Of a DNA stretch of 61,955 bases, positions 38,655 through 48,076 are shown one piece after another. Source of the DNA: an uncultured Clostridia bacterium (lineage in GTDB: Bacteria; Bacillota; Clostridia; UBA1381). How positions within the stretch are numbered: the stretch's first letter is position 1; each line of letters opens with the position of its first letter. A model generated the notes under the pieces. It was not told where the DNA came from. It ran no database searches and worked only from the letters and a program-made list of their open reading frames with translations. The position numbers were made by a program, and so were the translations under genes. The stretch spans positions 1-61,955 of the forward strand of contig CANQQS010000001.1 in the NCBI GenBank assembly GCA_947626045.1, written 5' to 3'.

Positions 38655-41261
38655 TTACTTCACCCAGTCTTCCCATTCAAGCTCGTCGAGAGTTTCGGGC
38701 ATGGCGAAGGCGGTATGCTCAAGCGCAACAATCGTGTTGAGGCACCACTGCGCCGCAAAGTTCGTGCTTATCCAGAACATCTCGTGAAGTTCCTTCGCGT
38801 TAAAGTAATTCTCGACAATCGCGTCGTCGAAATTATCCTTCTTGTTCTTGCCCGCAAGCGAGTACACAAGCACCTGCCATACCTTGTGAGCCAAGTCCTT
38901 GTCCTGCTTTTCCTTCGCGGCGTAAGCGCAAAGCGCGGCAGCCATATACGGGTACTCGAAGCCCTCGCCGTCTATGAGGTTGTTTGTCGCACGGCGCTTT
39001 TCCTCGGGTGTGAGGAAGTAAAAGCTGCCGTACTGCACAAGCATATCGTTAAATTCCTCGTCACCCAGAAGCGGCACAAGCTCCGTCCACGTTTCTGGGC
39101 CGCCCATACAGATTGCGAGGTGCGAGCCGCCGGCGGCGCTCTCGCCTATGTATCCGAGATGTCCCGTCGCTGGGTCGTATTCAAAGTTGGAGCCGGATAT
39201 AAGGCGCAGCGGCGCTTTTTTGAGGTCGTTTATACCCGTCATAATCTTGTCGCGCCACTTCGTATTGTTTGTGCGCTCCCACTCCGTCATCCAGTTCGAG
39301 CAGTACGTAGACCAGTCGGGGCCGGTACGCGCGTGCGTCGGGAGCGTGGACTTCTGTCCCATGTAATAGTATCTCAACGGATCCATATCAACGGTCGCAA
39401 AGTCGGCGTCCACAACGTCCTTCATACAGTCGCCTATTCTTAAATCGCCGCCGGTGAGGTAGTACAGCGCGCGGTGGTGTCCCGCCATGCCGATACGCGC
39501 CTCCTTGCAGCTGTCGCCCCAATGCACGACGTTGTGGCGGCTGCCGAGACCCTTCAGCGGTCCCATATGGTAAATGTCAACGTCCGCGCTGTGACGGCTC
39601 ATTGCCTCAGCAACGGAGAACATGTCCTCCCTGCCGGTTCTAAGGAACGAGTACCACAGCCACAGCGTCGGCACAAGCTCCGTACTCTGCCACGCGTAGC
39701 CGCCGAGGTCGTATTTCCAGCAGTGGCGCTGCGCGTCGTAGGTGTGCATTATATCGCCGTAATCCCACAAGCCGTACCAACGGCGCTGCTCTATTTCGTT
39801 TTTGTAGTAGTTAAACGCCTTGTCCATTTCATCCTCTGCCCACTTTTTGAGCGGAGTGCTTCTGTCGGGCAAACTCCAGTAGCCGAGTACGCGCGTTTCG
39901 TGGTAGTATTCGGGGTCGCAAATCATAACCGGCGGCTTCTGCACTCTGTCGGCATGGCTTAAAATAAGCTCGTCCGACGCGACCTCGTCATAGAAGTAAA
40001 CGGTAAGGTCGTTCGTGTTCGCTATGCCGTAAGCCGACGAGCCGATCTCGGGCGTACCCTCGTAGTACGTCTGGTCGTGCGAAACAACATCATAGTGGCG
40101 CATATCGCGCGACAAGCCGTCGGGCGACACTATCCACGCCATGAGCATACCCTCGTCCGAGCAAAGTCCCTCCGCGTGGAGCGAGGACGGGTATTTCTGC
40201 CAGAAATTGCGCAGACAAACAGACACGCCGCCCTTTTCGTCGGCTATGTACATCAGTCCCTTTGAGCGTTTGCCCCAGTTCGCTTTTATGAACGTACATT
40301 CGTCGTGACCTGTGCGTTTCCTTACCTCGAAGCTGTCGGGCGTGAGCTGCTGCAGCCTGTAGCAGTCCCACTTCGTCACGTTGTCGATCTGCTCTTCCGT
40401 TACGGGATTGCCGTTTCTCAAATCAACGAGCGGCGCAAGGTCTATCATCTCTCCGCGGAGCTGCGCGCTGTGTACCGGCTGTATGCCTATGGACGGCCCG
40501 AGCCTCGGACGCCACAAATTCAAAATCTGCATACACTCGTGCATTACGCCGTAATCGCCCGTCATTTTAATGCGGCGGTTATAGAGCTTGCCCGTCATTT
40601 TACGCTTCATCACAAGCGCGATACCCTTTATAAAATCGGTGCTTTCGTCGCCGTCGAAGATAAACGTGTGCTTTACGTTCACGCTCTTTTCGTCGTAAAA
40701 GAGCGTAAAACGGATTATGTAGCGCAGAAACGTGTCGCCGTGCGCGCTTCTGTGCGTGCCGGTGAGCTTTACGGTCGTTTTGAGCGCGCCCTCCTCCTCT
40801 ATTTCGGCTGTCTCTATCTCACCGTAGTAGGAGATTATGCGCTTTATCTCGTCGCCGTCCTGCCTGTCGTACGTTTCTTTCTGCACCTTTAAGACCGCGT
40901 CGGCGTAAGGCGTTTTCATAAGCGTTGTACCCGATTTCGGGAATATTGCGGTAAACGCTCCGTTATCAACGGTTATACCGTCGTCCGTTTCGTTTACCGT
41001 TATGCCGCCGTACTCCTTTTTTTCGGCTTTCTTTATCTCCACGCCGTCGCCGTCAACGCGCGCGGTAAAGCTTGACCACTTCGTCGAGCCGTCGGGGTAA
41101 AACGCTATCGGCTTTTCCTGATACGGTATCTCCCTGCCGTTTTCGTCAAACGGCGCAAACGTAGTACCGGCGGGCTTTTCACCCTGCTTGTAGGGCACGC
41201 CGAATGTAACGTAACCGCCCTTTGCTCTGTTTTCCATCCAATGTAATTTTATGCTTTCCAT
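38655..41261 (-). CDS. YetA-like / PL26-like exo-rhamnogalacturonan lyase family protein
   Basis: WYGLWDYGDIMHTYD..RHCWKYDLGGYAW, AMSRHSADVD, GLGSRHNVVHWG, WISTN resemble B. subtilis YetA / PL26; no signal peptide. Confidence 0.7.
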   Translation of the reverse strand: MESIKLHWMENRAKGGYVTFGVPYKQGEKPAGTTFAPFDENGREIPYQEKPIAFYPDGSTKWSSFTARVDGDGVEIKKAEKKEYGGITVNETDDGITVDNGAFTAIFPKSGTTLMKTPYADAVLKVQKETYDRQDGDEIKRIISYYGEIETAEIEEEGALKTTVKLTGTHRSAHGDTFLRYIIRFTLFYDEKSVNVKHTFIFDGDESTDFIKGIALVMKRKMTGKLYNRRIKMTGDYGVMHECMQILNLWRPRLGPSIGIQPVHSAQLRGEMIDLAPLVDLRNGNPVTEEQIDNVTKWDCYRLQQLTPDSFEVRKRTGHDECTFIKANWGKRSKGLMYIADEKGGVSVCLRNFWQKYPSSLHAEGLCSDEGMLMAWIVSPDGLSRDMRHYDVVSHDQTYYEGTPEIGSSAYGIANTNDLTVYFYDEVASDELILSHADRVQKPPVMICDPEYYHETRVLGYWSLPDRSTPLKKWAEDEMDKAFNYYKNEIEQRRWYGLWDYGDIMHTYDAQRHCWKYDLGGYAWQSTELVPTLWLWYSFLRTGREDMFSVAEAMSRHSADVDIYHMGPLKGLGSRHNVVHWGDSCKEARIGMAGHHRALYYLTGGDLRIGDCMKDVVDADFATVDMDPLRYYYMGQKSTLPTHARTGPDWSTYCSNWMTEWERTNNTKWRDKIMTGINDLKKAPLRLISGSNFEYDPATGHLGYIGESAAGGSHLAICMGGPETWTELVPLLGDEEFNDMLVQYGSFYFLTPEEKRRATNNLIDGEGFEYPYMAAALCAYAAKEKQDKDLAHKVWQVLVYSLAGKNKKDNFDDAIVENYFNAKELHEMFWISTNFAAQWCLNTIVALEHTAFAMPETLDELEWEDWVK

Positions 41262-42448
41262 TATTTATCCTCCAAATCAACTCGCGCAACTCCGCTCTTT
41301 ACCGCCGCACGGGAAACGGCTCTCGCAACGTTTCTCGCGATTCGCTCGTCGAACGCGTCGGGTATTATCATGTTTTCGTTAAGCTCGTCGTCCCGTATAA
41401 CCGACGCTATTGCCTCCGACGCGGCGATTTTCATTTCGTCGTTTATGTCGGACGCTCTCACGTCGAGCGCGCCGCGAAATATTCCGGGGAACGCAAGGAC
41501 GTTGTTTATCTGGTTCGGGAAGTCGCTCCGTCCCGTGCCGACAACCCTTGCGCCCGCTTTTTTCGCAATGTCGGGCATTATTTCGGGGGTGGGGTTCGCC
41601 ATGGCGAATATGATTGGATCCTTTGCCATGCTCTTTACCATTTCTTCGGTAAGAATGTTCGGCGCGCTCACGCCTATAAACAAGTCCGCGCCCTTCACAG
41701 CGCCCTTCAGGTCAACATCGAGGTTGTCGGGGTTCGTGAGATCGGCGAGCTTCGCCTGCTCGTCGTTCATCTGCGCGTTGCCGCGGTAAAGCGAGCCGTA
41801 TTTGTCGCACATTATGAGGTTTTTAAGTCCGCGCGACACTAAAAGTCTCGCGATTGCCATTCCCGCGCTGCCCGCGCCGTTTACGACGGCTTTGATTTCG
41901 GTTATGTCCTTGCCGACGACTTTGAGTGCGTTAAGCGTGGCTGCAAGCACAACCACAGCCGTGCCGTGCTGGTCATCGTGGAACACCGGTATGTCACATT
42001 CCTCTTTGAGCCGGCGCTCAATCTCTATACAGCGCGGCGCGGATATATCCTCGAGGTTAATGCCGCCGAACGAGCCGGATATGAGCTTAACGCAGTTTAC
42101 AATCTCGTCAACGTCCTTCGACTTCACGCACAGCGGAAACGCGTCCACGCCCGCAAATGTCTTAAACAGTGCGCATTTGCCTTCCATTACGGGCATACCC
42201 GCCTCTGGCCCTATATCGCCGAGACCGAGTACCGCCGTACCGTCCGTTATGACCGCCACAAGGTTTGAGCGGCGCGTGTACTTGTACGACAGGTCGGTGT
42301 TTTTCGCAATTTCAAGGCACGGCTCGGCTACTCCGGGCGTGTACGCGACCGACAATTCGTCGCGGTTCGTCACCCTCGCGCGCGATACGACCTCTATTTT
42401 GCCCTGCCATTCCTCGTGTTTTTTTAAAGCGTATTCTTTTTTGTCCAA
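41261..42448 (-). CDS. NAD(P)-dependent malic enzyme
   Basis: YTPGVA, TDGTAVLGLGDIG, NLEDI, FHDDQHGT, GAGSAG, ANPTPE, NQINNVLAFPG. Confidence 0.95.
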   Translation of the reverse strand: MDKKEYALKKHEEWQGKIEVVSRARVTNRDELSVAYTPGVAEPCLEIAKNTDLSYKYTRRSNLVAVITDGTAVLGLGDIGPEAGMPVMEGKCALFKTFAGVDAFPLCVKSKDVDEIVNCVKLISGSFGGINLEDISAPRCIEIERRLKEECDIPVFHDDQHGTAVVVLAATLNALKVVGKDITEIKAVVNGAGSAGMAIARLLVSRGLKNLIMCDKYGSLYRGNAQMNDEQAKLADLTNPDNLDVDLKGAVKGADLFIGVSAPNILTEEMVKSMAKDPIIFAMANPTPEIMPDIAKKAGARVVGTGRSDFPNQINNVLAFPGIFRGALDVRASDINDEMKIAASEAIASVIRDDELNENMIIPDAFDERIARNVARAVSRAAVKSGVARVDLEDK

Positions 42449-42481
42449 AATCTGTCCACCTCCGACTTCACAGTTATAATT

Positions 42482-42510
42482 ATTGTATCACAATTTTTTC
42501 CGATATTCAA
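42482..42510 (-). promoter_or_regulatory. Probable sigma-A promoter of malic enzyme/lyase unit
   Basis: TTGAAT-17-TACAAT with extended TG. Confidence 0.6.
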
Positions 42511-42544
42511 TATGTTTATGGCATAAAAAGAAAAACTCCCGTTT

Positions 42545-43747
42545 TTACGGGAGTAATCTCGCTATATCGGGGAACGGCGCAAGACTGCGCTTCAAAATTC
42601 CGTGCATGTGCGCTATCGCGACGCCGTAATTTACAATCGGCACGCCTGCCTTTTTCGCTTCGGTTATGCGGCGTTTCATTTCCTTTTCGTTGAGCATACA
42701 GCCGCCGCAGTGTATTATGAGCTTGTAATCACTCAAATCCTCTCCGAAGCCGCCGCCGGATGTGAAGGAATATTCGGGTTTCGCGCCCGTAAATTTCGCG
42801 ATCCATGCCGGTATTTTCTCCGTGCCTATGTCGCCGCATTGGCGGTGGTGCGTGCAGCCCTCGCTTATAAGTACCTTGTCGCCGTCACGAAGTTTTGAAA
42901 GCTGCGCCGCGCCCTTTACAAGCTCGGCGAGGTCGCCCTTGTACCGCGCGAACAGTATCGAGAACGACGTGAGCAAAATGCCCTCCGGAACGTCAGCCGC
43001 AACCGCTTCAAACGCCTGCGAATCGGTTATGACTATACGCGGCTTTTTCGAGAGTGATTTTAGTGTCCCCGAAAGTTCCTGCGGCTGACAGCAAACCGCG
43101 GTACAGTGCGAGTCGAGTATTTCGCGGAGCGTCTGCTGCTGCGGAAGGATTATTCTGCCCTTCGGCGCGGCGGCGTCAACCGGTATCACAAGCACAGCCA
43201 TATCTACTTTATCAAGCAAATCTGCGACTATGTGCTTGTCGTTTACTGTCCCCCTACCGAGACGCGCAATCATGTTTTTGAGCGCGTCAACGCTCTGTTT
43301 GTCGAATATGCTGACGCATATTTCGTTGTCTTTTAGTGTCCCCGTATCGTGCGGCAGGTCGGATTTTGTGTACGCCGTGATGTACGGAACTTTAGTGTCC
43401 CCAAGCTCGCGTATAAGCTCCCTGTCCGCGTCGGAAAGACCTCTCTGCGCATCAACGGCGAGCACCGCGACGTCCGTTTTCGCGAGTACCTCCCTCGCAC
43501 GCTTCACGCGCTTTTCTCCAAGCTCGCCCTCGTCGTCGAGACCGGGCGTGTCGATTATTACGACCGGACCTATAGGAAGAAGCTCCATAGATTTTTTTAC
43601 GGGGTCGGTCGTCGTACCCTTAACGTCCGACACGACCGACATTTCCTGATTTGTCACGGCGTTTACAAGGCTCGATTTACCCGCGTTTCTCATGCCGAAA
43701 AACGCTATATGCACCCTTTCCGCCGAGGCTGTTTCGTTCAAGCTCAT
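42545..43747 (-). CDS. hydF: [FeFe]-hydrogenase maturation GTPase
   Basis: GMRNAGKS, TTTD, DTPG, APKGRIILPQ, EGCTHH, HCGGC. Confidence 0.95.
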   Translation of the reverse strand: MSLNETASAERVHIAFFGMRNAGKSSLVNAVTNQEMSVVSDVKGTTTDPVKKSMELLPIGPVVIIDTPGLDDEGELGEKRVKRAREVLAKTDVAVLAVDAQRGLSDADRELIRELGDTKVPYITAYTKSDLPHDTGTLKDNEICVSIFDKQSVDALKNMIARLGRGTVNDKHIVADLLDKVDMAVLVIPVDAAAPKGRIILPQQQTLREILDSHCTAVCCQPQELSGTLKSLSKKPRIVITDSQAFEAVAADVPEGILLTSFSILFARYKGDLAELVKGAAQLSKLRDGDKVLISEGCTHHRQCGDIGTEKIPAWIAKFTGAKPEYSFTSGGGFGEDLSDYKLIIHCGGCMLNEKEMKRRITEAKKAGVPIVNYGVAIAHMHGILKRSLAPFPDIARLLP

Positions 43748-43755
43748 ATTATCAC

Positions 43756-45207
43756 CTAAAATCTGAAATCGCGTCTGTTTGAGCTGCGTATATCGTCTAT
43801 ATTTTTACGCGCGATTTCGCGTACTTTGTCATTCGGTATGCGGCTAAGCTCCTTTTCGATAAGCTCGTAGCCGACCTTTTTCGTTTCCTCGGACGCGTAG
43901 TCAACGAGGTATTCCGTAAGCGTCATAAGCGCGTTGGGGTGGCAGCAGTTCAATATCTGTCCGCTCTTGCAAAGCGACATGAAGCGGTCGCCTGTGCGTC
44001 CCTCTCGGTAGCAGGCGGTGCAGAACGACGGAATGTGTCCGTTTTCCATGAGCCACCTCACAACCTCGTCGAGCGAGCGGCAGTCAGAAACGTCGAACTG
44101 CTCCGTGTCGTGCGGACGTTCCTCCTCGGTGTAGCCGCCCACCGACGTGCGCGAGCCGCCGCTTACCTGTGAAATGCCGAGCCGCAGAAGCTTTGAGCGC
44201 ACTTCCTCCGTTTCGCGCGTCGAAATAATCATGCCGGTGTACGGCACGGCAAGACGTATGCACGCCGTGATTTTCGCAAACGTTTCGTCGTCGATGCCGT
44301 TGTCAAACTCGTCGGGATCGATGTCGTCGGCGTGCTTTACGCGCGGCACGCTTATAGTGTGGGGACCCACGCCGTGCACAGCCTCGAGGTGTTCCGCGTG
44401 CATTATAAGTCCGGCGAACTCGTACTTGTACATTTCAAGTCCGAACAAAACTCCCAGTCCCACGTCGTCGATACCGCCCTCCATCGCTCTGTCCATAGCC
44501 TCGGTGTGGTAGGCGTAGTCGTGCTTGGGGCCCGTCGGGTGGAGCCTTAAATAGCTCTCCTTGTGGTACGTTTCCTGGAACAGAATATACGTGCCTATGC
44601 CCGCCTCCTTCAGTTTGCGGTAATTTTCAACGGTCGTCGCGGCGATGTTCACGTTCACGCGGCGAATATCGCCGTTTTTGTGGTGTACGCTGTAAATTGT
44701 TTTGATGCAGTCCAAAATGTATTCTATCGGGTTGTTTACGGGATCCTCGCCCGCTTCAATCGCAAGGCGCTTGTGTCCCATGTCCTGCAGCGCGATAACC
44801 TCCGCCTTGACCTCCTCCTGCGTCAGCTTTTTGCGCGGTATCGTCTTGTTCTTTTGGTGGTACGGGCAGTACAGGCAGCCGTTCACGCAGTAGTTTGAAA
44901 GGTAAAGCGGCGCGAATATGACTATTCTGTTGCCGTAAAACGCGAGCTTTATTTCCTCCGCGACGGCATAGATTTTTTCTATCTTTTCGGGTATCTCGCA
45001 CGCGAGCAGAACCGACGCTTCGCGGTGCGTGAGACCGCGGCACACGCAGCCTTTTTCGGTCTTTACGGGGCGCGCCTTCTCGATTATCTCGTCTATAAGC
45101 TCCGCGTTGTTCTTGTTCGCCTCGGCGTATTCAAGCGTCGCGCGGATTTCCTCGTCGTTTATAAATTCCTCAGCCTTGTATGACTTCGGGTTGTATTCTA
45201 TTCTCAT
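43756..45207 (-). CDS. hydG: [FeFe]-hydrogenase radical SAM maturase
   Basis: Start re-set to MRIEYNPKS; YCVNGCLYC, FQETY, PHTISVPR, C-terminal FCTACYR..CCHPNA second cluster. Confidence 0.95.
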   Translation of the reverse strand: MRIEYNPKSYKAEEFINDEEIRATLEYAEANKNNAELIDEIIEKARPVKTEKGCVCRGLTHREASVLLACEIPEKIEKIYAVAEEIKLAFYGNRIVIFAPLYLSNYCVNGCLYCPYHQKNKTIPRKKLTQEEVKAEVIALQDMGHKRLAIEAGEDPVNNPIEYILDCIKTIYSVHHKNGDIRRVNVNIAATTVENYRKLKEAGIGTYILFQETYHKESYLRLHPTGPKHDYAYHTEAMDRAMEGGIDDVGLGVLFGLEMYKYEFAGLIMHAEHLEAVHGVGPHTISVPRVKHADDIDPDEFDNGIDDETFAKITACIRLAVPYTGMIISTRETEEVRSKLLRLGISQVSGGSRTSVGGYTEEERPHDTEQFDVSDCRSLDEVVRWLMENGHIPSFCTACYREGRTGDRFMSLCKSGQILNCCHPNALMTLTEYLVDYASEETKKVGYELIEKELSRIPNDKVREIARKNIDDIRSSNRRDFRF

Positions 45208-46247
45208 TTTCTTATGTCTCCTCTGTCCGTAACTATCTCGTATCCGATCGATTTCATTCTTTGCTTTAAGCACGCGACGCACTGCGCGCTTTCCTCGCCC
45301 GTGCATATCTTGTTGTCGTAAAGCTCGTACTTTTTCCGTACAGCCGTCGGCGACAGGTTCGGCATTACGACGTTCGCGCCCGACTGTATTCCCATTTCAC
45401 GCCCCAAAGGGTGAATCGTGCCGAGAGCCGTCGTCGCAGGCAATAGCACAGGCGGGTAAATGAGCCGTATTATTGACAAAAGGTAACACGTAAGCTCCAC
45501 CGTTCCGCCCTTTTCGTTTGCGAACGGCGTCGCGCCGTGCGGAACGAACGGCCCTATGCCGCACATGTCCGGCTTAAATTCCTCTATGAATTTTAAGTCC
45601 TCGGCTATTGTCCGCGCTGTCTGGTACGGCGAGCCGACCATAAATCCGCAGCCGACCTGATAGCCTATCTCGCGCAGATTTTTTAGGCAGCGCATACGGT
45701 TTTCAAACGACATTTCGCTTGGGTGCAGCTTTTCGTAATGCTCCTTGTCAGCCGTTTCGTGACGCAGCAGATACCTGTCCGCACCCGCGTCAAACAGGCG
45801 TTTGTAGCTTTCACGGCTTCGCTCTCCGAGCGACAGCGTTACGGCGCAGTCGGGATATTTTTGTTTTATTTCCTTTATAATCCCCTCAAGCAAATCGTCG
45901 GTGTAGTACCCGTCCTCGCCGCCCTGCAGGACGAACGTGCGGAAGCCGAGCTTGTACCCCTCGTCGGCGCAGTCAAGAATTTCGTCCGCGCTTAATCTGT
46001 AGCGTTCGCACGAAGAATTGCTTTTACGTATGCCGCAGTAAAGGCAGTCGTTTTTGCAGATGTTGCTTATCTCGATAAGTCCGCGCACAAAAACGTCGGT
46101 TCCGTAAATCTCCTTACGTATTTTAACCGCTCTTTCGGCAAGCATACGCGCCGCGTTTTCATCGCGGTTTTCTATCAGATACGCGTACTCGTCAAGCGTG
46201 AGGGTATGCGTGTCCGACAGCTTTTCTATGAGATTTTCCGTTGTCAC
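45204..46247 (-). CDS. hydE: [FeFe]-hydrogenase radical SAM maturase
   Basis: RGLIEISNICKNDCLYC, YLLRHET, GIGPF, PATTA, GANVVMPN; GTG start after AAGGGAG. Confidence 0.92.
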   Translation of the reverse strand: MTTENLIEKLSDTHTLTLDEYAYLIENRDENAARMLAERAVKIRKEIYGTDVFVRGLIEISNICKNDCLYCGIRKSNSSCERYRLSADEILDCADEGYKLGFRTFVLQGGEDGYYTDDLLEGIIKEIKQKYPDCAVTLSLGERSRESYKRLFDAGADRYLLRHETADKEHYEKLHPSEMSFENRMRCLKNLREIGYQVGCGFMVGSPYQTARTIAEDLKFIEEFKPDMCGIGPFVPHGATPFANEKGGTVELTCYLLSIIRLIYPPVLLPATTALGTIHPLGREMGIQSGANVVMPNLSPTAVRKKYELYDNKICTGEESAQCVACLKQRMKSIGYEIVTDRGDIRK

Positions 46248-46279
46248 GCTTACCACTCCCTTGTATGCCATACAAAAAC

Positions 46280-46303
46280 AAGGGGCTTTCGGCAAAGCCC
46301 CTT
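46280..46303 (-). terminator. Intrinsic terminator between hydA and hydE
   Basis: AAGGGGCTTT-N4-AAAGCCCCTT followed by GTTTTT on the minus strand. Confidence 0.75.
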
Positions 46304-46318
46304 TGCTTTCGGTTAAAA

Positions 46319-48061
46319 TCAGTTAATTGTTCTCTCCACGTAAGACGTGTGAAGCAGGTTGTGAGCCTTTTCGCTTCCCGGCTCGCCGAGATATTCCTCG
46401 TACAGCTTCTTTATCGAAGGGTTCTCGTGCGACTTTCTTATCGTCTTAGCCGTGTCATTGTTGTAGAGCGCTTTTGCGCGGAGCGCCTTGACGTCGGTGA
46501 AGTTTCTTACGTCCGCGTGTACGAGCGGCTGACCGCCGCCGTTTACGCATCCGCCTTCGCAGCACATTATCTCCACAAAGTGGTAGTCCGCCTCGCCGGC
46601 GCGTATCTTATCCATAATCACGCGCGCGTTGTTAAGTCCCGACGCAACGGCAACCTTTACCTCCTTGCCGCCGACGGTGTAGGTGGCTTCCTTTATGCCG
46701 TCCGTGCCGCGAACCTCGGTAAAGTCGGGCTTTTGAAGCTCCTCGCCCGTCAGCTTTTCAACAGCCGTGCGGAGCGCGGCTTCCATAACGCCGCCGGTCG
46801 CTCCGAATATTACGCCCGCGCCGCTGCTCTCGCCGAGCGGATCGTCAAAGCCCTCGTCGGGCAGAATGTTAAAGTCGATGCCGCACTTGCGGATAAGACG
46901 AGCAAGCTCGCGCGTTGTGATTGAAATGTCAACGTCGGGCATACCCGCCGCGTCCTGGTCGGCTCTGTTAATTTCAAACTTTTTCGCCGTACACGGCATA
47001 ACGCTCACGCATACTATATTCTTCGGGTCGATACCCATTTTTTCCGCGTAGTACGTCTTTGTCACCGCGCCGAACATCTGCTGCGGCGATTTGCAGCTTG
47101 AAAGATGCGAAAGCTGGTCGGGATAATAATGCTCGCAATACTTTACCCAGCCGGGCGAGCATGACGTTATCATCGGCAGCACGCCGCCGTTTTGCACTCT
47201 TTCTATAAACTCGTTCGCTTCCTCCATGATTGTGAGGTCAGCGCCGAAGTTTGTGTCAAACACCTTGTCAAAGCCTATTCTGCGAAGAGCGGCAGCCATT
47301 TTGCCCTCAACGTCCGTACCCATCGGGTAACCGAATTCCTCGCCGAGTGCCGCGCGTACAGCCGGAGCGGTCTGCACAACGACGTGCTTTTCGCCGTCAT
47401 TTATCGCGGCGAGAACGTCGTCGGTGTTATCCTTTTCGTACAGCGCGCCGACGGGACACGCCGCGATACACTGACCGCAGTTTACGCAGCTTGTGTCGAC
47501 AAGGTCGGACTCGAACGCGCATCCTATCGACGTCGCGAAGCCGCGGTTATTGGGTCCTATTACGGCGACGCCCTGAACCTTCTCGCACACCGCGACACAG
47601 CGGCGGCAGAGTATACATTTATTGTTGTCACGAACCATGTGCGGCGCGCTTGTGTCAGGCTCAAAATGCTGCTGCTCGCCCGCGAAGTAGTTTTCATCCT
47701 CAACGCCGTACTCCGTGCAAAGCTCCTGAAGCTCGCACTTTTCGCTTCTTACGCAGGAAAGGCACTTCTTTTCGTGGTTTGAAAGAAGAAGCTGGAGCGT
47801 TCTCTTTCTCGACTCGATGAGCTTCGGGGTGTTTGTGAACACCTCCATACCCTCCGTTATCGGGTACACGCACGCGGCGACGAGATTTCTCGCGCCCTTT
47901 ACCTCGACGACGCACATACGGCACGCGCCTATCTCGTTTATTTCTTTAAGATAACACAGCGTCGGGATTTTTATTCCCGCGTGTCTTGCAGCCTCCAGAA
48001 CCGTCGAGCCTTCGGGAGCGCTGACATCTAAACCGTTTATTTTAAGATTAATATTAGCCAT
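46319..48061 (-). CDS. hydA: NADH-dependent [FeFe]-hydrogenase catalytic subunit (HydA/HndD)
   Basis: H-cluster motifs ITSCSPGW, MPCTAKKFE, EIMCCEGGCVNGGGQ; N-terminal Fe-S domains. Confidence 0.95.
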   Translation of the reverse strand: MANINLKINGLDVSAPEGSTVLEAARHAGIKIPTLCYLKEINEIGACRMCVVEVKGARNLVAACVYPITEGMEVFTNTPKLIESRKRTLQLLLSNHEKKCLSCVRSEKCELQELCTEYGVEDENYFAGEQQHFEPDTSAPHMVRDNNKCILCRRCVAVCEKVQGVAVIGPNNRGFATSIGCAFESDLVDTSCVNCGQCIAACPVGALYEKDNTDDVLAAINDGEKHVVVQTAPAVRAALGEEFGYPMGTDVEGKMAAALRRIGFDKVFDTNFGADLTIMEEANEFIERVQNGGVLPMITSCSPGWVKYCEHYYPDQLSHLSSCKSPQQMFGAVTKTYYAEKMGIDPKNIVCVSVMPCTAKKFEINRADQDAAGMPDVDISITTRELARLIRKCGIDFNILPDEGFDDPLGESSGAGVIFGATGGVMEAALRTAVEKLTGEELQKPDFTEVRGTDGIKEATYTVGGKEVKVAVASGLNNARVIMDKIRAGEADYHFVEIMCCEGGCVNGGGQPLVHADVRNFTDVKALRAKALYNNDTAKTIRKSHENPSIKKLYEEYLGEPGSEKAHNLLHTSYVERTIN

Positions 48062-48076
48062 TGTCCTCTCTCCTTC

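Noticed and set aside
46530-46580. H-cluster motif variants in HydA (MCCEGGC here; TSCSP at about 47150)
   Set aside because: Cluster-ligating cysteines are retained; such variation is within what I recall for this hydrogenase group.
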